Shown here piece by piece: positions 1 to 7,790 of a DNA stretch of 10,362 nucleotides. The notes beneath the pieces are model-generated. The model was not told the DNA's origin. It worked only from the letters and a program-made list of their open reading frames with translations, and did not search any database. A program made the position numbers and the translations under genes. Positions within the stretch are counted from its first letter, which is position 1. Each line of letters begins with the position of its first letter. Source of the stretch: Vulcanimicrobiales bacterium. Lineage in GTDB: Bacteria; Vulcanimicrobiota; Vulcanimicrobiia; Vulcanimicrobiales; Vulcanimicrobiaceae. The stretch is from contig JBBQQR010000037.1 of assembly GCA_038215615.1 (NCBI GenBank), positions 1-10,362 on the forward strand, written 5' to 3'.

Positions 1-73
1 TCCACGATATACCGGCCACAAAATGAAACCATCGAAAGAGCAGGTTCACCCATTCGAGTGCGTAGGCGGTCAT
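1..73 (-). CDS. puuD: Urate hydroxylase PuuD-like membrane protein, N-terminal 24 aa (runs off the window's left edge)
   Basis: Hand translation from ATG 73-71, which overlaps the uraD TGA as ATGA, gives [24 protein letters not shown]. This matches the W..LL.RW.H...gIaW(IG) N-terminus of PuuD/urate_ox_N proteins. The position directly after uraD fits. Only 24 codons are visible. Confidence 0.8.
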   Translation of the reverse strand, partial: MTAYALEWVNLLFRWFHFVAGISW

Positions 74-576
74 GTTTCGATCGCATCGGATAGGCGGAGG
101 CGGGCAATCTTCGCTATCTCGCGCAGCGCCGTAGCGATTTCGGTTTCGCGATCGTTTTGGGTACGGCTCTCCACGGCGGCGAGAATCGACTCTTTGGTGT
201 TTTCGCGCGCGCAGATGACGAACGGAAATAAAAAGCGCGCGCGATAGGCTTGGTTGAGCCGCTCGAAACGCGCGACTTCTTCCTTTGAAAGGCGGTTGAG
301 GCCGGCGGAACGCTGCTCGTCGCGGGAGGCGGCCGTCAGGCGGCCTTCGCGGGCGACGCGGCCTGCGAGGTCGGGGTGCGCGGCGATCAGTTCGATGCGT
401 TTCTCCTGGGGCGCTTGTTGGACGACGGTGACCATGGCGGCGTGAAGATCGTCCAGGTTTCCAAACGGCCGCTTCTCCCAAACCTCTTGCGCAATCCACG
501 GTGAGTCTTCAAATGCAAAGCCGACCGCATCGCAAAAATCTGCGCGGCCGGCCCGGTTGAGTTCGGAGACCGTCAC
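70..576 (-). CDS. uraD: OHCU (2-oxo-4-hydroxy-4-carboxy-5-ureidoimidazoline) decarboxylase
   Basis: 168 aa, GTG start. Family motifs FE.SPW, AHPDLAG (catalytic His), [27 protein letters not shown]. Confidence 0.93.
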   Translation of the reverse strand: MTVSELNRAGRADFCDAVGFAFEDSPWIAQEVWEKRPFGNLDDLHAAMVTVVQQAPQEKRIELIAAHPDLAGRVAREGRLTAASRDEQRSAGLNRLSKEEVARFERLNQAYRARFLFPFVICARENTKESILAAVESRTQNDRETEIATALREIAKIARLRLSDAIET

Positions 577-632
577 GCCATGGCGCTTACCCCCTGCATG
601 CCTGGGCTTCCTGTGCCGCGAAGACCGCAGCG
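577..632. promoter_or_regulatory. 56-bp divergent control region uraD/guaA
   Basis: Spacer between head-to-head GTG starts. Contains the palindrome CGCCATGGCG (576-585), three CCTG copies (593, 601, 610), GGGCTTCC (604-611), CGAA (619-622) and minus-strand GTAA (590-587). A promoter role is inferred from position only. Confidence 0.55.
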
Positions 633-2171
633 GTGCCGGCGACAGTCTTCGTTTTAGATTTTGGCGCTCAATACAGCCAGTTGATCGCGCGCCGCGTGCG
701 CGAACTCAACGTGTATTGCGAGATCGTTTCATACGATACGCCATGGAAAGATCTTGCCGCGCGCAGCCCGCAAGCGCTCATTCTGAGCGGCGGCCCGGAA
801 AGCACGCTCGTGCCGGATGCGCCGCGCATGGATCCGTCGATCGTGCGCAGCGGCGTACCGCTGCTCGGCATTTGTTATGGCATGCAGCTGATCGCGGGCG
901 ACGCGGGCGGCGAGCTGGTGAAACTCGACCGGGCTGAGTACGGACCGGCCACCGTCACGGTTGCGACCGGCAATCCGCTCTTCGCAGGCGTGCCGGGCGA
1001 GTCTCGGGCGTGGATGTCGCACGGCGACTCGGTCGTGAAGCTGCCGCCGGGGTTTTCGGAGATCGCCTCGACGGAGCGCTGCAAGGTTGCGGCGATGGCC
1101 GACGACGCGCGAAAAATATACGGCGTGCAGTTTCATCCCGAGGTGGCGCACACTGAAATCGGCCGCCGAGTGCTCGACAACTTCGTGCACGGCATCGCTG
1201 GGATCGGCTCGGATTGGCGCATGGAGTCGTTTGTCGAGCGCAGCATCGCCGAGATTCGCGAGCGCGTCGGCAGCGACAAAGTGATCTGCGCGCTCTCAGG
1301 TGGGGTCGACTCCGCAGTAGCGGCCACGCTCGTTTCACGCGCCGTCGGTGAGCAGTTGACCTGTATTTTTGTCGACCACGGGCTGCTGCGCAAGAACGAA
1401 GCCGCGCTGGTGGCCGAGGCATTTGTCGAGGTCCTTCATTTAAATGTAGCTGTGGTTGACGCGCGTGAACGATTTCTGCGGCGGCTCGACGGCGTTGCGG
1501 ACCCCGAGGAGAAGCGCATCCGCATCGGCCACGAGTTCATCGCCGTCTTCGAAGAAGAAGCCGCCAAGATTCCGGGGGTCAAATACTTGGTGCAGGGTAC
1601 GCTCTATCCCGACGTCATCGAATCGAAGACTCCCGCGAGCAAGGCCGGGCACAAGATCAAATCGCACCACAACGTCGGCGGTCTGCCCGAGGAAATGAAT
1701 CTGGAGCTCATCGAGCCGCTGCGTGCGCTCTTCAAAGATGAAGTTCGCGCCGCCGGCAAAGTTTTGGGTCTGCCGGAGCGGATCGTGCAGCGCCAACCGT
1801 TTCCCGGTCCGGGATTGGCCGTGCGCATCATCGGCGACATCACCGGCGAACGCCTGGATTTGGTGCGCGAAGCCGATGCGATCGTTTGCGAAGAGATCGA
1901 TGGTGCGACGCTCGATCCCAAACCCTGGCAATATTTTGCGGTGCTTACGCCGGTAAAGAGCGTCGGCGTGATGGGCGACGGCCGGACCTATTCCAATTTG
2001 GTGGCCGTGCGCGCGATCACGAGCGAGGACGGCATGACTGCCGACTGGGCGCGCCTGCCTTATCCTTTGATGGAGCGCATCAGTACGCGCATCGTCAACG
2101 AAGTTCCGGGCATCAACCGCGTCGCGTACGACATCACGTCGAAACCGCCGAGCACGGTCGAGTGGGAATGA
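633..2171 (+). CDS. guaA: Glutamine-hydrolysing GMP synthase
   Basis: 512 aa. Class I amidotransferase motifs LDFGAQY, GICYGMQ and QFHPE; PP-loop [35 protein letters not shown]-terminal KPP.TVEWE. Confidence 0.98.
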   Translation: MPATVFVLDFGAQYSQLIARRVRELNVYCEIVSYDTPWKDLAARSPQALILSGGPESTLVPDAPRMDPSIVRSGVPLLGICYGMQLIAGDAGGELVKLDRAEYGPATVTVATGNPLFAGVPGESRAWMSHGDSVVKLPPGFSEIASTERCKVAAMADDARKIYGVQFHPEVAHTEIGRRVLDNFVHGIAGIGSDWRMESFVERSIAEIRERVGSDKVICALSGGVDSAVAATLVSRAVGEQLTCIFVDHGLLRKNEAALVAEAFVEVLHLNVAVVDARERFLRRLDGVADPEEKRIRIGHEFIAVFEEEAAKIPGVKYLVQGTLYPDVIESKTPASKAGHKIKSHHNVGGLPEEMNLELIEPLRALFKDEVRAAGKVLGLPERIVQRQPFPGPGLAVRIIGDITGERLDLVREADAIVCEEIDGATLDPKPWQYFAVLTPVKSVGVMGDGRTYSNLVAVRAITSEDGMTADWARLPYPLMERISTRIVNEVPGINRVAYDITSKPPSTVEWE

Positions 2172-3442
2172 AGGTTCTCGTTATTGGAAGCGGCGCACGG
2201 GAGGATGCGCTCTCGTGGCGGCTGGCGGCTTCACCGTCATGCGAAGCGGTGTTTGCGGCGCCCGGAAATGCGGGGACCGCGTCGCGCGGCGTCAATTGGG
2301 AGATCGCGCCGACCAACGGCAAGGCGCTGGGCGCGCGCTGCAAAGCGGAAGGCATAGATCTCGCGGTTATCGGCCCCGAAACCGCGATCGCGTCGGGGGT
2401 GGGCGATCGTTTGCGCGAGGCGGGCATCGCGACGTTCGGTCCGGACCGTTCGGGCGGGCGTTTGGAGTCAAGCAAAATTTTCGCCAAGCGATTTATGGAA
2501 CGCCACAATATTCCGACGGCACGCGCGTTCGCCGTACATTCGATCGGCGCCGCGCAAAAAATTCTCGACGAATGGACGGGCGCATGTGTCATCAAAGCCG
2601 ACGGGTTGGCGTCGGGTAAAGGCGTTGTTGTTGCGGCCGACGCCGCGCAAGCGCGCGGCGTGCTGGAGGAGTGGTACGGTGGAAGCCGCGTGCCCGGCGG
2701 TGGCGCCGACGTGCTGCTCGAGGAAAAGCTCGAAGGCCGCGAGGTTAGCGTTTTTGCGGTCGGCGACGGACGTACGCTGTATCCGTTCGCGTCGGCTTGC
2801 GATTATAAACGCGCCGGCGACGGCGATACCGGTCCGAATACCGGCGGCATGGGGGCGTATTCGCCGCCGCACGGTTTTCCATCCGATCTCGACTCGCAAG
2901 TGCAGGAAGGCATCATCGGGCCGGTGCTGCGCGGGCTGCACGCCGACGGCGAGCATTACATCGGCGTGTTGTACTGCGGGTTGATGTGGACGGCTCAAGG
3001 CCCGTACGTGATCGAATTCAACGCGCGGTTCGGCGATCCGGAAACGCAAGTTCTCATGCCGCGTGTGAACGGTGATTTCGCATTGTTTCTCAAATCTGCG
3101 GCGGATGGAAAGCTGGACACGAGCGTGGCGTCGCTCGGCGAGCGAGCCTGCGTCGGTATCGTACTTGCGAGCGCGGATTACCCGCGCAGCAGTATGCCCC
3201 TGAGAGACCTGCCCCGCGACATCGCCTTACCGGATGACGTGCACGCATTTTGGGGAACGTCCAGCCTGCAGAACGGCTCGGTGAAATCGGCGGGCGGTCG
3301 CGTGCTTACGGTCAGCGCCCTCGGAAGCGATCTCGAAGTGGCGCGCGTACAAGCTTACGATGCGGTGCGGGATCTCACGCTGCGGTTCGGATCGGCTACC
3401 GGCCTGACATTCCGTCGCGATATCGCGCTCATGACAAAATAG
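2168..3442 (+). CDS. purD: Phosphoribosylamine--glycine ligase (GAR synthetase)
   Basis: The real start is ATG 2168 (ATGA overlap with the guaA stop), giving [14 protein letters not shown]. Motifs [64 protein letters not shown]. 424 aa. Confidence 0.97.
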   Translation: MKVLVIGSGAREDALSWRLAASPSCEAVFAAPGNAGTASRGVNWEIAPTNGKALGARCKAEGIDLAVIGPETAIASGVGDRLREAGIATFGPDRSGGRLESSKIFAKRFMERHNIPTARAFAVHSIGAAQKILDEWTGACVIKADGLASGKGVVVAADAAQARGVLEEWYGGSRVPGGGADVLLEEKLEGREVSVFAVGDGRTLYPFASACDYKRAGDGDTGPNTGGMGAYSPPHGFPSDLDSQVQEGIIGPVLRGLHADGEHYIGVLYCGLMWTAQGPYVIEFNARFGDPETQVLMPRVNGDFALFLKSAADGKLDTSVASLGERACVGIVLASADYPRSSMPLRDLPRDIALPDDVHAFWGTSSLQNGSVKSAGGRVLTVSALGSDLEVARVQAYDAVRDLTLRFGSATGLTFRRDIALMTK

Positions 3443-3457
3443 CGAACGATTCACCTT

Positions 3458-4510
3458 TCAGAGGATGACGCGTTCGACGTAGCCGGTCAGTTCAACGTAA
3501 CCCTGTCCGCGCGGACGATTTGTGGTGGCGTCGCGGACGTCGGCGGCGCCTTCCCAATACGACGGCGACGAGCGCAACACGAGCTCTTGGTTTGCCAGCA
3601 CGGGCGTTACGTTGAGATCGAGCGACGCTGAAGGCACGCGAACGCGCCAACTGCCGGGATACGATGCGTGAGTCGCGCCGCTTCGCCAATGGCTGGTCGC
3701 AGTGACGGTGAATTCGTTGAGCGAGAGTGGACGCACCCGGCCGTCACGTTCGATGAGGCTGCCGGACGATTGCGGTTCGATCGTGTTGTCAGGACGGCGG
3801 AAGAGATAGATCATGAGCTCGCGGCCGTCGTCAAGTTGCAGCGACATCCAATCCCAGCCAGTTTCTTCAGAAAGCAGTTGATTGGAGCCAAACTCGTGGT
3901 CCATCCAAGATGTCCCGCTAACGCGCAACGTCTTGCCGGCGTAGGTCAGTGTGCCTTGCGTCTGCAGGCGCGAGTACGAATAGTAGTGCGACGCGCAGCT
4001 CGCGCACGCGCCCTTGCGAAAGAAGCCGTCGTGACCGTGAATCGCGGGCGGCTTGAGCGGCTTCTGCGTAAGATCGAGGCGGATATCGCCATCGTCGGCG
4101 TGCAGTGCCATGGGGAAGCCCCTAAGCGACCAAGTATCCACGTTGATCGCCAGTTTTCCGGCCGCGGCGCCGCCCAGACCGAGCGCCGAGCGCGCGATAC
4201 GTTCGGCGTGAAAGAATTTTCCGCCCTGCTGATCGGTGAGCGCAAAATGCGCGGCATAGACTTGGTCGCCGCGCCATCGGCTGCTGCCGAGGATGCGCCG
4301 GGCACGCGCGACGTCTTGCGGCCGGACGCGAGCGCGAAAGAACGTGACTTCGTAACCGAATTTTCGGCCGTCGGCGACTTTTATATGCCCGGTAAAATAC
4401 CACCACTCGGTTTGGTATGAGGGATGCGAACCGTGATCGGCCGGAAAGCGGAATTGATATGGCGCGGTTGCAATTGCAAACGCCGCCGCGGCTGCCAAAA
4501 TGACGTTCAT
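3458..4510 (-). CDS. AttH/CrtC-like two-domain lipocalin-fold protein, probably exported
   Basis: Start at ATG 4510 (ATGA overlap with the permease stop), 350 aa. Short hydrophobic N-terminus MNVILAAAAAFAIATA. Motifs FP.DHGSHP, EWWYFTG, AHFALTD, S.YYS, WMDHEF, GWDW..LQLDDG, YP..W, YWEG, GYVELTGY. Confidence 0.85.
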   Translation of the reverse strand: MNVILAAAAAFAIATAPYQFRFPADHGSHPSYQTEWWYFTGHIKVADGRKFGYEVTFFRARVRPQDVARARRILGSSRWRGDQVYAAHFALTDQQGGKFFHAERIARSALGLGGAAAGKLAINVDTWSLRGFPMALHADDGDIRLDLTQKPLKPPAIHGHDGFFRKGACASCASHYYSYSRLQTQGTLTYAGKTLRVSGTSWMDHEFGSNQLLSEETGWDWMSLQLDDGRELMIYLFRRPDNTIEPQSSGSLIERDGRVRPLSLNEFTVTATSHWRSGATHASYPGSWRVRVPSASLDLNVTPVLANQELVLRSSPSYWEGAADVRDATTNRPRGQGYVELTGYVERVIL

Positions 4511-7062
4511 TCGGCGCGCACGGCGTCGGCGGTGGCAATGCGCGCGGCAACACGAGCCGGATAGAGTCCGGCCAGTATGGCGGCGATGAGCACGAGCAAC
4601 AGTGATTCCGCCAGCGGCCAGTACGGAACGTGCAAATGCATCGGCCATCCGAAGGCTTGGCGATCGATGACGTAAATCAGGAGCAGTCCGAGCAGCATTC
4701 CGGCTCCTATTCCAAAGAGGCCGCCCAATACCCCGATCAGCGCCGCTTCGTAGAGCACCATATTTCGAACCGCACCGATCGTTAGACCGAGATAGCGCAA
4801 CACGCCGATTTCGCGGCGCCGTTCGAGGACCAGCGCAAAGAGCGTGCTCACGACGCCCATAACGGCGATGGTAATCGCGATAATGTTGAGCGCTTGCGTA
4901 ATAAGGAACGTGCGATCGAAAATGGCGAAGACGACTGCCCGCAGATCGTGCGTGGTTTGCACTTCTACGCGCAGCGGCAGCGCGGCGCGAATGATGCGCG
5001 TGCGCAGGGCATTGAGATCGGTGCCCGGTTTGGCATAGACCGAAAACATGCCGGCGGAGTCATCGTGGTACAGACGATTGAACGTGCGTTGATCGACCAA
5101 AATAGTGCCCGAATCATTCGAGTAGTCATCATAAATGGCCGCTATGGCGAAGGAGGTGGGGCCAGCCGGCGTATCGAGCACAATCGCGTCGCCGGGATGC
5201 AGATTGGCTTTTTCGGCAAAGGGCGCGCTCACGATGACGCGGGTGGTTCCGGGGAGTGTGCGAGCCAGCGTTGCCGCGCCGTCGCCACCGGAAATATGCA
5301 CCCAATCGCGCTGCCCGATCGTGCGGAAGTCGGTCCGCGCCAGAGTGATCAGCGATCCGTGAAACGGAACTTCCACGCCGCGGAACGTGTCGACGGCCGC
5401 CACGCCCGGCAGCGCGCGAATGCGTTGGGGAATCCTGGCCGGAATGCGCGCGTCGTAGACTTCGCCGGAGACTCCCATTGGGCGAACGAAGAGATCGGCG
5501 ATCAGTGTTTGGTCGAGCCAGGCCGCGACGGTCGCGCGCAGCGAAAAGACGCTGACGGCGACGCTGACAATCATGGCTACTGCGATGGCCAGCGCCGCGA
5601 TCGCCAGACTGTTGCGGCGCGGCGTGCCGCCGAAATTCGCCGCGGCTAAAAGCGCTGCGGATGAAAAGCCATAACCCAGTTTTTGCAGCAAGCGCGCGGT
5701 CGCGATGACGCCGAGCGGCACGAGCAGCGATGCGCCGAGAATGATACAGAGCGCTGACGCGTAGCCGAACAACGGGAGGCCGTCGATTGCGGGCGCTTGC
5801 GATAGAACGTACGCGACGCCGAGCAAAAGCAGTCCGCCCAGCGACAGCACGATGGCGAGCCGGTCCATTTGCGGTTCGAAACCGCGCGAACCCATGACGC
5901 GCGAGGGTTGCGTGCCGGCTGCTTCGACGGCCGGCGCAATCGCGGAAATCATGGCGACGACGATGCCGAAAAGCAGCGCTTCGAGCATGAGCCGCGGATC
6001 GTAGAGTACGCGGTCGACATGCGTGCCGACGTAGAGCGTGTTGACCGTGTGCGTTACGGCGCCGACCGCCAGGCGCGCCAAAAAATAGCCGAACGCTAAG
6101 CCTAAGAAAGAACCCAGTACGCCAAAGAGCGCGCCTTCGGCCAGGAAGGTCGCGAACACTTGTTTGCGCGTTGCGCCGACGGCGCGCAGCGTTCCAATCT
6201 CAGCGCGCCGCTGGACGACCGAGATGGCCACAGTGTTGTAGATCAGGAACGCTCCGACGAGTAGCGCGATCAGAGAGATCGCGGCAAGATTTACTTGGAA
6301 GCTGCGCAGCAGGCGGCGAACTTCATTTGTGCGCGTGGCGGGCTCCACGACGCGCGTGCCGGGCGGCACGATCTTTTCGAGCGCGACCTTGGCTTTCTGC
6401 AGGCGCTGCGGGAGGACGATGCAGTCAATGCGATCGATGGTGCCGACTTTTCCGAAGAGCTCTTGGGCGGTGACGATGTCGACGAAGACGACGCTCGAGT
6501 CGGCTGCACTGACCGAACGCGGAACGATCGCCGCGACGGTAAACGTGACGGCCCGCCCGCCAGCCAGCGCGGTGAATCTGCTTCCGAGGTGCAGCCCCAA
6601 GCGATCGAGGACGCGCTGCGAAACGATCGCGCCGCGACCGTCCATCAGGCCGTAGGGATCCGACTTGCCGGTTACGTCGATCCCTTCGGGCAGCGGCTGC
6701 AGCAAATCTATCCCGAGCACGCGGAGAATTTCGCCGGAGTTGGGATCGCCTTGCCGCGCGCCCACGACGATCGAGTCTTCGATAACCGGCGAAGCTTGCA
6801 CCACGTCGGGCGCGCGCATCACCTTTAGCAGGGTGCGTTCATCGAATCCGCGCCCCTCGCCGAGCACCTGTAAATTCACGCGGCTCGTTACGATATTCAC
6901 GTTCGAAGAAAACGACGCGATCGCGGTTGCGTTCGCGAGATCGATCGCGACGAATAATCCGATACCAAGACCGATCGCGAGCAGCGTTACGAACGAACGC
7001 AGGCGGTTCTGCCACATATAGCCGAGCACGAGCGAGCGAAAAAGCGTGAGGAGCGCGCTCAC
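4507..7062 (-). CDS. FtsX/MacB-family (type VII) ABC transporter permease with two permease modules
   Basis: Likely start GTG 7062 (GTGA overlap with the ATPase stop), 851 aa. Two repeats of a TM helix, large extracytoplasmic loop and TM cluster, with signatures RRAEIGTLRAVGA and RRREIGVLRYLG, and C-terminal YPARVAA. Confidence 0.92.
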   Translation of the reverse strand: MSALLTLFRSLVLGYMWQNRLRSFVTLLAIGLGIGLFVAIDLANATAIASFSSNVNIVTSRVNLQVLGEGRGFDERTLLKVMRAPDVVQASPVIEDSIVVGARQGDPNSGEILRVLGIDLLQPLPEGIDVTGKSDPYGLMDGRGAIVSQRVLDRLGLHLGSRFTALAGGRAVTFTVAAIVPRSVSAADSSVVFVDIVTAQELFGKVGTIDRIDCIVLPQRLQKAKVALEKIVPPGTRVVEPATRTNEVRRLLRSFQVNLAAISLIALLVGAFLIYNTVAISVVQRRAEIGTLRAVGATRKQVFATFLAEGALFGVLGSFLGLAFGYFLARLAVGAVTHTVNTLYVGTHVDRVLYDPRLMLEALLFGIVVAMISAIAPAVEAAGTQPSRVMGSRGFEPQMDRLAIVLSLGGLLLLGVAYVLSQAPAIDGLPLFGYASALCIILGASLLVPLGVIATARLLQKLGYGFSSAALLAAANFGGTPRRNSLAIAALAIAVAMIVSVAVSVFSLRATVAAWLDQTLIADLFVRPMGVSGEVYDARIPARIPQRIRALPGVAAVDTFRGVEVPFHGSLITLARTDFRTIGQRDWVHISGGDGAATLARTLPGTTRVIVSAPFAEKANLHPGDAIVLDTPAGPTSFAIAAIYDDYSNDSGTILVDQRTFNRLYHDDSAGMFSVYAKPGTDLNALRTRIIRAALPLRVEVQTTHDLRAVVFAIFDRTFLITQALNIIAITIAVMGVVSTLFALVLERRREIGVLRYLGLTIGAVRNMVLYEAALIGVLGGLFGIGAGMLLGLLLIYVIDRQAFGWPMHLHVPYWPLAESLLLVLIAAILAGLYPARVAARIATADAVRAE

Positions 7063-7715
7063 AACAGTATTTTGCCGTCCTGCATTTGGATCGAACGGTC
7101 GCACCATTTTGCAGCTTCGGGTGAATGCGTTGCCATCAAAATTGTTTGTCCACGGTCGGCGATGTCGCGCAGAAGTTGGAGAACCATGATGCCCGAATGC
7201 GAGTCGAGATTGCCGGTGGGTTCGTCGGCTAAGACCAGCGCCGGCTTATGAACGATCGCACGCGCGACGGCCGCGCGCTGAGCTTGGCCGCCCGACAGCT
7301 GCGCCGGATAGGCGCCGGCCTTGTCCGCGATGCCAACCGCTTCGAGCGCGTCCGTAACGCGCTGCTCCAATTCCTTTTGCGGGCACCGCTGCAAGATGAG
7401 CGGAAGGGCGACGTTCCCGGCAACGGTCATCGCGGGCAAGAGATTAAAAAACTGAAATATCGTTCCGATGCGATCGCGCCGGAGTGTGGTCAGTGCATCG
7501 TCCTTGAGCCGGCTCGTCTCCCGGCCGTCGACCAAGACGCTGCCCGAGGTCGGCAAATCGATGCAGCCCGCCAAATTCAGCAGCGTGCTCTTTCCGCATC
7601 CGCTCGGGCCGACCAGCGCGACCATTTCGCCCGGCGCCACCTCGCACGATACGCCGTCGAGCGCGCGCACGCCGTCGTAATCTTTTGTAACCGACACCAT
7701 CGCAAGGGCGCGCAC
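7059..7715 (-). CDS. LolD/MacB-type ABC transporter ATP-binding protein
   Basis: 218 aa. Walker A GPSGCGKST, Q-loop IFQFFNL, signature LSGGQAQR, Walker B/D-loop LVLADEPTGNLD, H-loop ATH. Confidence 0.95.
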   Translation of the reverse strand: MRALAMVSVTKDYDGVRALDGVSCEVAPGEMVALVGPSGCGKSTLLNLAGCIDLPTSGSVLVDGRETSRLKDDALTTLRRDRIGTIFQFFNLLPAMTVAGNVALPLILQRCPQKELEQRVTDALEAVGIADKAGAYPAQLSGGQAQRAAVARAIVHKPALVLADEPTGNLDSHSGIMVLQLLRDIADRGQTILMATHSPEAAKWCDRSIQMQDGKILL

Positions 7716-7732
7716 GCCCGCCTTGTTCTCGC

Positions 7733-7750
7733 CGGGCTTCCGGAGGCCCG
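7733..7750. promoter_or_regulatory. 18-bp near-perfect palindrome in the ABC/purF divergent spacer (candidate operator or hairpin)
   Basis: CGGGCTTCCGGAGGCCCG matches its reverse complement at 16 of 18 positions and lies in the 75-bp spacer 7716-7790. Function is inferred. Confidence 0.4.
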
Positions 7751-7790
7751 CTCAGGATGACAAAACGTAGGCCTTCCGAACTAGCGAGGC

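Noticed and set aside
577..632. Purine, ZTP or PRPP riboswitch upstream of guaA (also considered for purF, 7716-7790)
   Set aside because: The spacers are 56 and 75 bp, must also serve divergent genes, and show no recognisable aptamer or expression platform. An Rfam cmscan would confirm.
1886..2167. 94-aa N-terminal extension of PurD in the ORF track
   Set aside because: It overlaps guaA in another frame and is Arg-rich shadow sequence. The canonical MKVLVIG begins at 2168.
3443..3457. Intrinsic terminator between purD and the lipocalin gene
   Set aside because: No stem-loop or U-tract in the 15-bp gap.
3986..4006. c-type heme site in the lipocalin-like protein
   Set aside because: The spacing is CxxCxxH, not CxxCH.
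3458..4510. Calling this a carotenoid 1,2-hydratase (crtC)
   Set aside because: Only fold-level motifs are shared, there are no crt genes in the window, and the context is an ABC operon.
4511..4648. Longer start for the lipocalin-like ORF, including an Arg run resembling a Tat signal
   Set aside because: It lies within the permease 3' end in another frame. ATG 4510 gives a clean ATGA overlap and a hydrophobic leader.
7063..7107. Permease start at 7107
   Set aside because: It would overlap the ATPase by 49 nt. GTG 7062 fits the 4-nt overlap pattern.
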